A stretch of DNA of 64,000 nucleotides, taken from Guillardia theta CCMP2712 (lineage: Eukaryota; Protista; Cryptophyta). The notes below the pieces were generated by a model. It saw only the letters and a list, made by a program, of their open reading frames with translations, had not been told where the DNA came from and did not search any database. The translations under genes were made by a program, and so were the position numbers. Positions 16,744 to 29,711 of this stretch are shown piece after piece. The stretch lies in NCBI RefSeq assembly GCF_000315625.1, contig NW_005434667.1, positions 214,598 through 278,597 on the forward strand. The letters run 5' to 3'. Within the stretch, counting starts at the first letter, position 1, and every line of letters starts with the position of its first letter.

Positions 16744-18589
16744 CTCCAAGAAACTGAAAAGAAACATGTCAGAACAAAACAAGAGCGCAAGGTCATGTTA
16801 GTTTGCAGATATGATGGCTGTGAACATTTGCAGTTCATATGATTTGATTCGCAATAGGAAAGATGCGCAGCGGGTTGGAGAGCCACGAAGAGGGCGGATG
16901 TCAGGAAGAGATGCGGGTCATCAGAACTCCATGAAAGGTCAAACCGAGCCACACTAAACATCATACATCATAAAAGTAAGTGCCATCGAGAAGTCAATGT
17001 GAGAAGAAGACGAAGTCATGAAGACTTTAAAGATGAGTGAGCGTAGAGGGCCGCTTGAGGCACAACAAGGTTATGAGGGTTCGGAAAGAGGGAAGAAACC
17101 AGACAGCTGAGGAACAACAAGTAATATAGGGTGCCGTGGAGATCTCCAATAAATCGGAGCAATAAGATAAAGAAGGGGAGCAGAACGGATAGAACAAGTT
17201 CTTGTTTCTACGAAGCCGTACCAACAAAGCAATGACAGACAAAAACGGAGCACTGTAGAGAAGAAATCGGATTCAGAGAATGGGGATGGATAGAAGGATA
17301 CAGATAAATTAAGGAATGTGTTGCTAAAAATGATACGATGACGATAACCAAGTGATAAAGCAGAACGTGGGGAGCAGACGAAGATGAAGCGGAACGGTGT
17401 GTCAGGCATGCGGTACGAGAACATTTCGTTTCGCTCCAGACGAGGAGAGGATCTAGCCTGCATGGAAGCAGGTAGAGAGGCATAAGGAGGACTGCGAGCA
17501 AGGCAGGGATGAGCGTGTGGGCGTAAGATAAAGCAGAAGCAGCGGCATAAATGCTTGCATGCAGCCATGGGCGCAGGGGTCTTGTTTGGGAAGCGGCTCG
17601 TGAGGAAGTAGAGGGGGTGGGGGGGTGGGGGTATAAAGGGAGATGTGAAGAACGGGGGTGGGGATGACGATGGGTTTCTACGACTGGGTAGGGTGGTCAA
17701 TAGTTCATCCAGGGTGGGGTATGTGCAGACGCAAACAGGGGGTAGTCAACGTGAAAGAGAAGCCATCGCATCGTAGAGTGTGCAAGTACCGCTAAATCTG
17801 AAGGGATGTCACTATAGTAATGACGTTGGTACATCCGCCTGAATGTGGTGCGGAGTATCCCATGGGGGGTCATCTTTTGATGGGGGTGAGGGTGGGGTAA
17901 CTTTGTACACTCTGTCCATGTTTGGGGTACTGCATAACGGCGTAAGCGAAGGGGTAAGGTGGGGTGGAGTGGTGGGCTTTGAGGAGACCCGGGGGGGCGG
18001 ATCTGGTGGGATGGATAGAGGCATTTGAACTAAGGTCAATTATTTGTGTCTAAAATTTGAAAATAAGTCGACATATATTCAAATACGTGCCATAATCGGG
18101 AAGTGAAGTTGAGTGATACTTTCCAAAACGGCCTCCCACTTATTTTAGTCAAAGTAAGGCTTGAATTTCGTCGATTCAAAAATAAGTAGATGCAGTTGAC
18201 CCCTATTGGAAAATATGTCCAACCTATTGAGGTTCATCAATCACATGTACCCTCCCACCCGAGAGAATAGAATTTCACGACGAATGGTAGGGTACTTTGA
18301 CGTACCCTACCCTTGTCGAGAAGACTTTGTAAACAATTTTTGACCACCCCTTCCTTTTATGTATGTGGGGATACCACCCCTATACACCCTCTTGACATTA
18401 TGGACCCATGAATTTTCATTGTTCTGGTTGTTTCACAAGAAATACCCCTTTCAAAGACTAGCATGATTGGGAACATAATGGGGTCATGTCTGATGGGTAG
18501 GTACCCCCACCCCAAAATATGTCGGTGTAAACCGCCTCCTTCTTAAAAAGAGAAAAAAAAATCTAACGAGGCGCAGATGGGGCTCATAA

Positions 18590-19060
18590 CCGATGGGATC
18601 GGACGCTGACGTCCCGGAGTCCCACTGGGCCACTGCCGGCCCGGCGGCCACGGTCCGGGACCGTTCACCGTTCGCTCCGAGCCGGGCCCGGACTCCTCAG
18701 GCTCGCCCCGCCGGGCTAGCCTTGCAGGAATGCCGCCGCGGCCGCATTACACTCGGCACGGTCTTGGGCAACTCGACCTTAGTTGTAACAAGACACCTTG
18801 TCACGGGCCGGCCCCGGGGAACTTCCGAGTTCGGAACTCCGGCGGAACTTGTGATTGATCCCATGATCGCCTGACCATGCCAGGCGGATTGACCAGGGGG
18901 GGGCGGGGTGGGGGGGGGGGGAGGGGGGGGGGGGCTGCCGCAGTGCCGCACGGTGCGGCACTCAGCTGAGCCGCGTGACCGCGGCCCCGGCGGCGGCGGC
19001 CGTGCGGCCGGCAGTGCCGGGCCGTGGCCCACCGTGCGGCCCGCCGGGAGGCTTCGGAAG
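18590..19060. other. GC-rich, palindrome-rich intergenic island with a poly-G tract
   Basis: Dense CCGG/GGCC/CCGCGG motifs and a G run at about 18896-18934, in the divergent spacer between serC-serA and NDK. Confidence 0.6.
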
Positions 19061-19847
19061 TTCAGTGGAGACTCGATAGAAGGGGGTACCGCAACGTCGG
19101 TAGGCATGTAAAGGGTGGTGGGGTGGTGCAAGGGGTGTAATTTGCTTGATTCAATAAAATATGTGGATTTGGGAATAGAATATGGAGCGACTTCTATGTG
19201 AGGAGAGAGTTTTTTGTGCGAAAGTGTTTTCAATTTATAGTTTACTGCTGAAGATCCTTTGAGAAGTTGTTGGGGTTATTGTGACGCGGCGAGACCCTAC
19301 GAACCTCTTGAAAGATGGCGGTGGAGGCGACTAGGGCGAGGAGGGAGGGAGGAGGAAGGGGATGCGAGGAGGAGAACGGAGCAAGATTCATCGAGTCACT
19401 GACAACAGCACAGAGAGACAGATAGGCAAACGGATGTAGCAACGTGCTGACAGCAACAAGACGAGCAAGAGGATGGGAATGGGTCATAGAGGGACACGGG
19501 GGGACGCGGGGGGCTGGCGATGAATGTGTCACATGGTTAAGAGTTGTTGACAAGAGACAATGGGTGCATATTGTATCCATGATGTCATGACAAGCACTCA
19601 CAGCATGCTGAGGTTCGAAAGTATGCGAACATCGATTGGGTACAAAATGAGGAACCGTCGGTAGTGGCAGTTGAAGAAATGAGGCAGAAATGAAGGTAGA
19701 AATTGAGTACACTCAGGAGTATAGCTGCTGAGAATGTCACAAAGCAATTCCACCTCGCGTATTTCAGGGTATCTGTGATAACAATTGGATGATAAAGAAA
19801 GAAACTCCATTGATTCTGAAAATGCTTATAACGTTTGCGCGGCAGAC

Positions 19848-20821
19848 ATGTCAAAACTGGTTATCATCTGCCTGGCCGCAGCACTGCTGGTATCTCATCT
19901 TGTCCTCCAGAAGCGAGTCTTGACTCAATTGACAGGCATGCGGCGCTCATGCTTTGAACACGGAAGGCTTGGTCATGAACCTGAGAGGAGGGAAAGCGGA
20001 GGGGGTGAAATCGATGCCGTCCGTGGTCACTTGGATGCCAGCCAAGGGAGGCAAGCAGGGAGACGATGTCGAGCGCATGAGGGGAGGAGGAAAGCTTCGC
20101 CTTGAGCGAACGTTTGCCATCATCAAGCCAGATGCCGTTGCAGCTGGCAAGGCGCAGGAGATGAAGGACATCATTACTGCCTCGGGCTTCAAGATCGTCA
20201 AGGAGAAGAGGACAAGGCTGTCTGAGAAGCAGGTCCGAGCCTCCGCTGACTTCCCTCCTTCCAGTCTCCCTCCCTCTCCTTGACACGCTCACATGACTAC
20301 AGGCCAAGGAGTTCTACGAGGAGCACAAGGAGAGGCCGTTTTACTCATCCTTGGTTCAGTTCATGACTGGCGGAGATTGCATCATCTTGGTGTTGCAGAA
20401 GGAGAATGCGATCAAGGGATGGAGAGAGCTGATGGGCCCAACCAACTCCTTGAAGGTGCTGCAGCAAGATCCTCGTCTTCCCTCACCTGCCTGCCTACCT
20501 CCCTCGTTCCTCCCTTCGAGCCCGTCTCTCCTGCCCTCCCTCCCTCACGTTTCTTAAAGGCAAAGACTGAGGCCAAGGATTCCTTGAGGGCCAAGTTCGG
20601 CACTGATGGCAGCAAGAACGCATGCCATGGAAGGTCTGCGATCCTGCAAGCGGGTGCCTCGTCCTAACGGACCTGCAGTGACTCTCCCAAGAGTGCCCGA
20701 CGGGAGATCCGCCTCATGTTCGGCATCCTCGAGTGGATCCAGGTACTCGTCTCGTGCAGCATTATCTCATCGCTGAGCGGCCCGCCAGGTCGTCATCCCC
20801 TTCATGAAGTTCTTCTGGTGA
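19848..20821 (+). CDS. NDK: Nucleoside diphosphate kinase with N-terminal signal peptide and LRGG-containing leader
   Basis: [14 protein letters not shown]|ACGAHA leader; [41 protein letters not shown] and NACHG|SDS (catalytic His). Spliced stop at 20819-20821. Confidence 0.92.
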
Positions 20822-20850
20822 GGGAGGAGCTACCTTTGGGCTGGTCCCCG

Positions 20851-23800
20851 TCAATCTTTGGACGCCTCGTCCGTTGGCTCGAAGTCGACCTGCAGGTCAG
20901 GTCACCGTGAGCTCCGAATGAAAGACGGCGTTTCTCCCTCCCCTTACCTTGCGAAAGCCGCTGTACAAGCCGAACAGCCCTGATTGTCCTTGACTCCCGC
21001 CCTTCCTCATGCAGTCGTGTGGGACGGACTTGGCGCTGACCTTGGCTGCGACCTGAGGTTCAGACCGCAAGCATGAGACCAGAGACGCGCTCACCTTGCC
21101 CCCTCGATTCCTTCACCGGCAGCTCTGACACGCCCTTGTGCTTGGCTAAGCTGACCATCTCCGCCAGCTTCTTCTGCTTCAGCGCGTGCATCACCCTCCC
21201 GTGAAACATTCTTTCTTCCTGCTCCTCCACTTCCGACTGCGAGTCAGAGGTCCTGGGAATGGAGGCGATGCGCGTGAGCCCCCTGCTCCTCCCGTCTCCT
21301 AGCGGGTGCTCCCTGTGCGTCGCAGAGCACCCACAGCCTTCGGTGCTATCGAGGATGCTGTGCTGGTGCGGCAGGTTGCAGACTTTGCGGCAACTGGGGT
21401 AGCGGCAGGGGTTGAGGCAGAGAGCTTGCTCACACATGTGAACTTCAGTCCCGTCCTCGTGCTGCAGATGATGATCTCCGCGCTTCGGACCGCACGCGCA
21501 CAATTTCCTGCATCCCTGCTTCTCACATCGCTCAGCGCACTTGTCGCTTCGCCTGCATAAATTTGTGAGTTGCGAACCAGATCGAGGTGGTGGGATGGCC
21601 AGACTCACTCCTCCTCTCTCCCTCGGGTCGCCACCGGCTTGTCGTGCTTACCGCAGCAGTCATGCGGGCCTGGCAACGGTCGTCACAGTCACCAGCGTGG
21701 GTTTCCCGCTCTCACCAGCGTGCGTTGTGCAACCAGGAGGGATCATGACGGAGCAAGACTTCTTCCTCCTCGCCTTCGTCCTGCCTTCAAACATCTCCCA
21801 CACACAGGGCTCCTCCTTCTCGCACAGGGCTCCGCACTGGTGCTGATTCTCGCACAAGTGCCGAGGGGTCTCGTGGAAGTGGTTTGACGACGCGCAGAAG
21901 GAGGAGCAGAGGTTGTAGGCCGAGAACATGCAGGGGTGGCGGCAGCCGTCGCTCTCGTCGCAGACGCAGGCATGCGGGAGCGAGCGATCTCGCACGCACG
22001 TCAGCATGCAGCCGAAGGCTGTGCAGACCCCCGTGCACTCGTGGAACATGTTGCACTTGTGCAGGCTGCTGATCGGTGAGGCGGGCTCGGAGGGCTCGCC
22101 GGGCTGGTGGGCATGGAAGTGATCCTCGTTATCGCACTGACGCGCACAGAACGGGACGCTGCCCTCGCGGTCAGACCCCAGCAGCCTCCCAGCAGCCGCG
22201 CGTTCACTGACCTGCAGATCTCCGAGCACCCGAGGGTGTCGGCGTTGAGGCACTTGTGAACGTCGTGCTCCTTCTCTCTCGAGAGCGAGCACGTTAGCTT
22301 GCATCCTGGGGCGCTGCACTGCTCGAGGCAGGGATGAGGCTGCCCGCACAGATGGACGCAGTCCTCCTCCTCGCTATGGAAGTGATTCGAGGAGGCGCAG
22401 ATCAGCTTGCAGTCCTGCAGGCGCAACAATCGTCAGCTCCTTTACAGCACAGACCCCCGCCGACCTTGACGCTGCAGATGCTCATGCAGCCTCTCACGCT
22501 CGCTTGCTCGCAGTGGTGCTCGTGTTCGAACTCACGGTCACCGATACAGGTTGAGTCGCAGCCGGGTGAGCGGCAGCTGGCCTGGCAGGGATGCTTGTTG
22601 CCGCAGTGGTGAACCGCGTCCTCCTCCAGGTCGTGATGGTGGTTGGAGCTCGAGCACTTTTCCACACACCCCTGCACGAAACAAGGTTTGGTGCACCCCT
22701 CCTTCGACCCGCAGTAGTGCAGCTCGTGCGTCGGCTCTCCTCGCTCGGTCACGTGGATGCAAGGCTCACCGCAGATGCAGAGGAACTTACACGGGTGAGG
22801 CTTTCCGCAAGTATGAATGACCGTCGAGTCTTTGAGGCCATGGAAGTGATCCATGATGCAGCAGCGCCTCTTGCAGGAGCTCACGCTGCATGTCTCGCTG
22901 CAGCGGTTGTCCCCGCACGAGTGCACCATCTTGCTCCTGTGCATGAACCTGTTGCAGCGCTTCTGGCATCCCATCGCCCCGCATGCAGCTCCGCAACGTC
23001 TCAGCGTCTGTTCTGGCCGAACTCTTCGCTGAGGGGTCCAGAAGCCGACATGGTAGCGACACTCGAGGGACCACTTGGCGAGGAGGTGGGAGAGGTTCAC
23101 GTAGTCCTTGGTCAGGATCTCACTCGTCTTGTCGTGCGCGTGCAACTTCATCTCGCTGTCTGCCGCTAGGTAGAACTCACCGCACAGCGTGCATCGCTTC
23201 ACGACGCTCCTCGCCGGGTAAGACAAGGACGTCAGCGTCTTCTTGGTCAGGAGGCCGATGCATTTGAGCTTGTCTTGTATGCCGTACTGAAGTCCGATCA
23301 CAATCTCTCGCTCTGGCGCCATGATCCTCATCCGCTGCAGGTCAGACTGACGAGGAATCTCATGTCAGGCACTGAAAGCACGCCTGCCTCTGACCTCACC
23401 TCCTTCTCCCCCTTCATTTGTCGGAACGTTTGTTGGTCGTTCTTCTTTCTCCACTCCTCAAAGAAGACGTACTCGCGGTCGTGGCTGGTGATGATCGACA
23501 GGGACGTGAAGGTGCTGTCGTCATGCATGCCTGCCACCCCCACCAGACTCTCATCCGCCTCGAAGATGAACGTCTCCTCTCGGATGGCTCTCAGATAGTC
23601 CGTCTCGGGGATGTGCCCGTGCTTGCCCTGCGTGAACCTCAGGAGGCACATGTGAGGTCAGGTGATGGTACCAGTCGACGATCTCCCTCTACGATCTCCC
23701 CGTCCACCACCATCTCGTAACGGAGCTGCACTCCTAGAATACAAGGCAGCAGAGGCTGCCCGATGACGGTCATCGACACTACCCGACAGCACTCGATCTG

Positions 23801-25168
23801 CTTCTCCGAGCGCTGCCACTCCACATTGGCATACAAGTACTCGCAATCCACGTCCGGCCCGTCCAGCTCGCTCCACTTGGGTTTTCCTACGGTGCAGTGG
23901 ACGTACTTCTTCTCGTCCACGCGGGGATCGAACAAGTGTAGGGGAGAGTGCTGCTTCTCAACGCGACATCCCCACTTCCACCCCGCGTTGGCGCGTAAGT
24001 CCGGTGCTGAGTGATACAGCGAGTTCTCGAACCCGACGGCTCCGCAGCAACTCCACCAGACTCCTCCAGCCTTGGAGCGGAAGACCGAGCCCGGATGAAA
24101 GTTGCAGGTTGCCGGCGCTGATTTCAGGTCGAGGGTGTCGTAGAGGACTCCGCACTTGGAGCACAAGAACTTGGAGGTGGAGTGCTCGCTGACCTTGCAA
24201 CCGGGAGCTTCGATCTTGGTGCTTCTGCAACATGACCAGATCCCAGTGTGGATGTCGGACTGAATGAGCTTGACCATCTCTTCTGACGAGACCTGCTGGT
24301 TCCTGACATCTTCCACGTCCTGTATTCCAAGTTTCTTGAAGGAATGTCGTATCGGGTAGATCCTGTCGGCGGACGTCAGCATCCTTTTCAACCTCGCCTC
24401 TTCTCGCTTCAGCGCCTCCTCGCTCCGTGAGCTCGGACGAGACGGAGCTTTGAGAGGAAGGACAGCGTCGGTCTCGTACTGGAAGCTGAGGTCGTCAAAC
24501 CCTGATGGAGGATTCGACGGTGCTGCTTGATGGCCCGACAGATCAGGACTGGCTCCCTGGAGTAGCTCATCAGAGAACCATAGCACCAGGAGCACAGCAG
24601 CACACCTTGCTCACTGACTCCCTCGAGGACTTCCGGAGAGCTAGAGAGGCTGTCCTCGGACGATCAGACCGACTGCCGCAAGCATGAAGTCAGCACAAGT
24701 CGGACTCAGAGCAAGGACACGTTGGTGAGGGACTGAGGGTCAGCAAGGAGAGCCATCACCTTCTTGTCTGCTGGTCGATGTTGGTGGTCCTGAAGAGGTC
24801 GAGCTCCTCCTGCAGGCTCAGTTGACTCTTGCTCCCCCTCCTCCTCCCATGCCGCAGCATCATCGCCTGAATGGACCTAATGTCCGAAATCCAGGGAGGT
24901 TCTTTCACTCGAACTAATACCCCGCTGAACTAAACCTGAGGCCATGGGTCTTAGATGCAGGGAGGAACGACATGGGGGCGGGAGAGTCGAGGACGATGAA
25001 GGCAGGCAGGCAGACAGGCAGGCAGAGGCAGAAGCAACGAAGAGTGAGGAGAGAACAGATCGGGGTTGATGGTTGAGCTTTTATTCTCACCTGCTCATCG
25101 CATTGCTTCAGGTGACGCCTCTCCCATCTCTCGTACAAGACCAGCCAACGAAGAGTAGCAGATGTCAT
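20851..25168 (-). CDS. Large Cys/His-rich protein with Btk/CHORD-like Zn motifs, a jacalin-like domain and tandem CGxxHxC-type repeats (5' end uncertain)
   Basis: ORFs 23639-24595, 23328-23651, 22402-23331, 22001-22429, 21660-22349 and 21060-21608 are joined by short introns. Motifs include HTGIWSCC, CNFHPG...WWSCCG, FEADESLVGVAG...SLSIITS, and repeated H.CG..H.C...C...GC...C and CSSSNHxH. Confidence 0.7.
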
Positions 25169-25257
25169 CACTCGCCTTGTTCTTGGTATTTCATGTCTGA
25201 ATTTGGTTCTGGTGACTCTGCGAATAGATTCTATTCCCTTCTCTAGCAGCAGGATGG

Positions 25258-26087
25258 ATGCTTCCTGCTCCGACGGAAGCAGGCAGGATGTATGAGATCA
25301 GGGCGAGGGCCATCAGTAGGCGATGCAGGAACTCCCTCCTCGCTCGCGGCACAATCCGAAACAGAGCAACGGCGCTACGCAGCACCCAAGGGGATAAGGA
25401 GCCCGCCGACCTCTACGAGGGGCTTCGCGAGAGGATCGTCAGCAAGTATCTCGACGAATTCCCGGCTTACTCTGCAGAGAACGATGCAGAACTTTTGAAG
25501 TGAGCGCTCGTGTCTCTTTGACAATTTGCCTCCTTCCCCTTCTCTCACGCTCGTTCGCTAGTACTCGTGCACTGGAAGCGATCAAGAGGGCTGAAGAGAG
25601 CTTCTCTCAAAATCTCTGTATTGCTGTGCCTTGTCGTGGTGTGATATGATATCCATGACACTGCAAACAGCTGAAGACAGCGATGATGTGAGCTCGGAGT
25701 CGAGCTCAGACGAAAGAACATTTGCATTCTTCACGAACCCAAAGACGCAGCAGGCAGCGGCGGAGTAAGTTGCTCGAGTGCTGAAGAGACACTCAAGTTT
25801 CCTTACCATGTGCCGCCAGCTACGTGTGGGACAGGGAGATCAAGCGACTGGTCAGCAAAGAGAAGTCAGCTGACGACAAAGGTATGCTCTCATTCGGATG
25901 CTAACACGAGCAGATCGACCGCTGACCCCTTGCTCAAGGGAAGCTCGTCATGACATTAGCCAACATCTTCATTTTTACTCCGATTGCATGGGGTTTCATT
26001 TCTCAAGTGAGCTACCTGCCTCGGGATGCTGGATTGTTATGAGGATGTAGGTGCCGACCCGCGAGATCAACGAGGTCTACCAGTACG
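25258..26087 (+). CDS. Hypothetical spliced protein, possibly organelle-targeted, with a C-terminal hydrophobic segment
   Basis: Arg/Ala/Ser-rich leader followed by DLYEGLRERIVSKYLDEF, several ~50-nt GT-AG introns, and a late exon GKLVMTLANIFIFTPIAWGFISQ. Confidence 0.45.
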
Positions 26088-26199
26088 TGAAAGGGGTACG
26101 GACGTGTACAACATGCATCTAAATCCTGACTGGTGCATGATCAGATACTCACGGAATTCTTCAATCAAAATCAGTTCTAGAAGGCTAAATAGAATGCTG

Positions 26200-27423
26200 T
26201 CATCGATCACTACCGTTCAAGCGTAGTTCCAGATCTATCGCTTTGCTCTTCGGCGTCCAGATTTGACGTGGCTTGTCCCTTGCTAGAGAGATGAAGTTGT
26301 CATAGTCATGAGACTGCAAAACCCCGGCCTCTGCACTCAGAGTCAAGGTGTGGTCCAGCTGATCCGCGGCAAGTGAAAAGGCCTCCATCAAAGCTTCTTG
26401 CCAGCGCGATGTATCATTAGATTCCTCTGTTTTCAACATGATTGTACGACTTCCTATCAAAACTTTGATCACGTTTGCACTCTTCCTGGACTTTTTGACG
26501 CATATTCCTGCATTCAGATCAATGCGATACCTACTGTTTGTTAAGTCATTGCAATCGGTATCATCATCGTAGCAGATGAGCATTCCGGGAACAATCACAA
26601 AGAAATGTCTAGTCCAAGAACCTCTCGAAATGGAGGGAAAACATGACAGTCTATTTCCTGTCCACAACCATCCCGACAGAATGATCCGAGGTTTGGGATC
26701 ATCCACCTCTTGAGTAGTTTTCCCATACGTGACATCGTTGAGGCTTTCAAGCTCCTCTATCTCAGAGAAATCGTCGATCTTCCGGTGAGATGGTTTGGCC
26801 TCGCTGATTTCGGATGAAACAGCTGGACGCTCTTCATTCGAGGAGGTTTGCTCAACAAAAGCAGAGGCGAGGTTCTGTTTGACTACATGATCAACTTCAG
26901 CATCAACCATGCCTCGAGCATAAGCTGGTTCTTCAGTCAATGCATCAGATGCTTGGCAGCTACTCATGGACGAGACTGCATTTTCTTCCAAAGTTTGAAG
27001 TTTGATCTCTTGGGTTTCATCGACCTGGGAGCTTTCTGGTGACGTGGTGCTACTAGATACCTGCTCATCAAGTCATCATATCTGCATTCATTCCGTGATT
27101 CAACAGAGACGCACCTTGCCTATTCGATTCATAATTGTTTGCAGTTCTTTGCTCGGATCAAGTTTGTCTTTCATCTTCGATTCACTTGGAATGCTTGATT
27201 TGTTCTGATGAGGCAGTAGGCGATCTTGAATGCTCGGTCTACCTGCAGGGCGTTGAAGAATCCTTGGTGATTGCAAGTCTTTGAAGAATTCAAGCCTGTC
27301 CTTGAGTAATTGACTTGTGCGGGGAGAATCCTTCACATCCAGATTGTACCCAATGTCCGCATTGAGCTTCCTCGGAGTTTTCACCATGCAGGTTTCTTCC
27401 CAAAATCTCTCTGAATCTGACAT
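26200..27423 (-). CDS. PH-domain protein (2 exons)
   Basis: ORF 27100-27423 splices (IGK|VSSSTT) in frame into ORF 26200-26991. PH signature ILSGWLWT...WTRHFFVI...RTIMLKTE...RWQEAL. Confidence 0.8.
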
Positions 27424-28369
27424 TTCTTCAAAGAACTATTTGAATGTTTGCAGAGAGATCGAAAGCCTGAGGGTCGCGTTGCTCTAGAGGGAGAGAGTTG
27501 GCCCAGCTTTTTCTCCCACACCAAAAAAAAGGAAACAAGCCTTTCCTTTTGTGAAACCAGTTTTCTTAATGAAGAACTGCCACGTCCTGCCTTTCTTCGT
27601 TCCTTCTACCAATTATCCTCGCATGTTCTGTTCCTCTCCCTCATCCACCTCCTCCAAGGCTCTTCCCTTGCCCTTGCCCTTGCCTGTTCGTATTGCTGTT
27701 CCTGCTGCTGTCCCTGCTCCTCGCTCTCCTCTCCTTGTTCTAGTCTCCTCTCATTCTCCGGCTCCTCCTTCTTCTCTCGTCTCCTCTACTTTCCCCTCTG
27801 CCCTATCCTCCTTCCCGTCTCCTTTCCATGCCATCCCAGGACAAGACCGAACCAATCGACCGGGTCCTCCCGACACTACAGTAAAAGAATGACTTTTAAA
27901 ACTCGGGTGCCCGACTACCCCCCATCTGTCCTTGTTCATATAGGGTGGGGTAAAGCCAGACGTAGGTCCCTTCCGTGAACGGGTGGGGGGTCATGTGTAG
28001 GTGTGTATGAGCGTCAGGCTATCTACACCGGGTACTCGAGACTGAAAGTAAGAGTCAGATGAGGGGGTGATCAGCTGGCATTTCTTGACAGATGGGGTAG
28101 GGTGGAGCAACACCTGAAAACCTAGGGTCCGCACCGTCTGTCAGCCCACGTACTACTATTATGGGGTCCCAGTCGGGGAAGGGGGTACTATCACACGGAA
28201 TAAGGGGTCCAAATTTTAAAAGTGCAAAAAACTCTGAGAACCCCACCCCTGCCACACGGACCCCCCCTATAGCCTGAGGTGACTACGGACCCCTGTCAAT
28301 ATAGTGAGATCGGACCCCCCTATCGAGCACTTCGGGCCGCAATAGTACTTAATGAGTAAAGTTAGTGCT

Positions 28370-29080
28370 GATCACCGATTCCCGAGTCCGAGCCCGAGTC
28401 CGAGACCCCGACTCGTGCCGCGGCGCAGTGCCCGCCGGGCTGTCAGGTCACAAGTTCACGGCGGTAGCACTGCGTGGGCCGGGGCCCTCAGGGCCCGGCG
28501 GGGGCCCGGGCCTGAGTGCGGCCGCGCCGCCAGGCACAGTGACGGTCCAGTGCCGCTTCTCAGTACACGACGGCCGGGAGTCGAGTCCCGGCGATCGGAC
28601 GGTGAGTTTCCAAAGTCGGCGTCGGTTACAGTGAGCCTCGTTTACATGCCCTTGCTCACGGAGGCGCGGCCGCTGATGATCACTGGTGATCACATCACTC
28701 AGCGGCTCCACTGTGATTGATGCCATCAGTGCCATGATGATCACAGATGATCACTCCGACACTGATAATCACATTTTCTTACTGGCCGCGCCCGCCGGTA
28801 GTACCGTCGGCCGGGCGCCGCAAGTACCTGATTAATGCACACGAAACGTCGGACAATTGAGGACTCCGATCGGACGGCCTGAGCTCCCGCCCGGTCCGAT
28901 CACGCGGTGGCACGGTGTGTGTGAAACCCCGCCGGCGCCGGCCCCGGCCGGCTCCGGTCACGGTCACGGTGCCACGGTGACCGGCGGTCCGGGCCTGACT
29001 CGGACTCCCGGATTGAGGCGACTCCGGCGTCAACTCGGCCGCCAGCAGCCGCCAGGGCTCGGAGCCTCCGGCCCCGGAGA
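28370..29080. other. GC-rich, palindrome-rich intergenic island
   Basis: CCGG/GGCC/GAGTC/CACGGT-rich sequence and a TGATCA/GATCAC cluster at about 28670-28770, in the divergent spacer between the PH and RING genes. Confidence 0.6.
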
Positions 29081-29711
29081 ATGAGCAGAGAATGAGGGGG
29101 ATGCTGCGGGGTGCGAGGGAGATGAATGGAGGCTGGTTTACAGGGGGTGGGTCTGGTTGGAAGTGGTGGCCGTTCAGGTATGATGGAGGGTAGACGGGTG
29201 GGTGGTCGTGCGAAGTGGCGTGGGTCCTGGGGGTTCGGGGGGCTGCCGGCCCTGGCCGGGGGTCCCATGGCGTCTCATGGGGGGTCCTGGCGGGGGTCAT
29301 CGGGGGTCCAGTCAGGGGTGGCTGCGCGGGGCTGCGGGGCGTTAGCGATGACGCACAACAAACAGATGGCGGGGAGACGGAAAGGGAGGAGGGAGGAGGA
29401 GGAAGCGTCATAACCTCCTGATACCCTCCCTCCTCCCTCCTCCCTCCTCCCTTCCTCCCCCTCCTGTTTCTCCTCCTTTCGGGCTTCCCTCTTGTACTCC
29501 TTGGCAGCCTGCCTTCTTCCACGGTACCTGTTTTGTTTCGGCTTTCCCCATCCCTTCCCCCCTTCGCTCGTCGGGTCGCGATCCTCATCAGGCTCATCAC
29601 TGTCCTTGTTGGTTATTCGTCACTCATTTTGCTTTCATCTGTTCTCGTCATTGACTCCATCCTCTCGTGCGCTCGGACTCGTAGAAGGTTGGCATGGCGT
29701 GAACTGCGAGG

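Noticed and set aside
14541-16842. Numerous overlapping + strand ORFs
   Set aside because: Antisense shadows of the serC-serA CDS.
17071-19854. ORFs of 100-209 aa in the serC-serA/NDK spacer
   Set aside because: Low-complexity or GC-driven open frames with no recognisable motifs.
28352-29600. 273-aa and other Pro/Arg/Gly-rich ORFs
   Set aside because: A consequence of the stop-poor GC island; no transposase or other domain motif.
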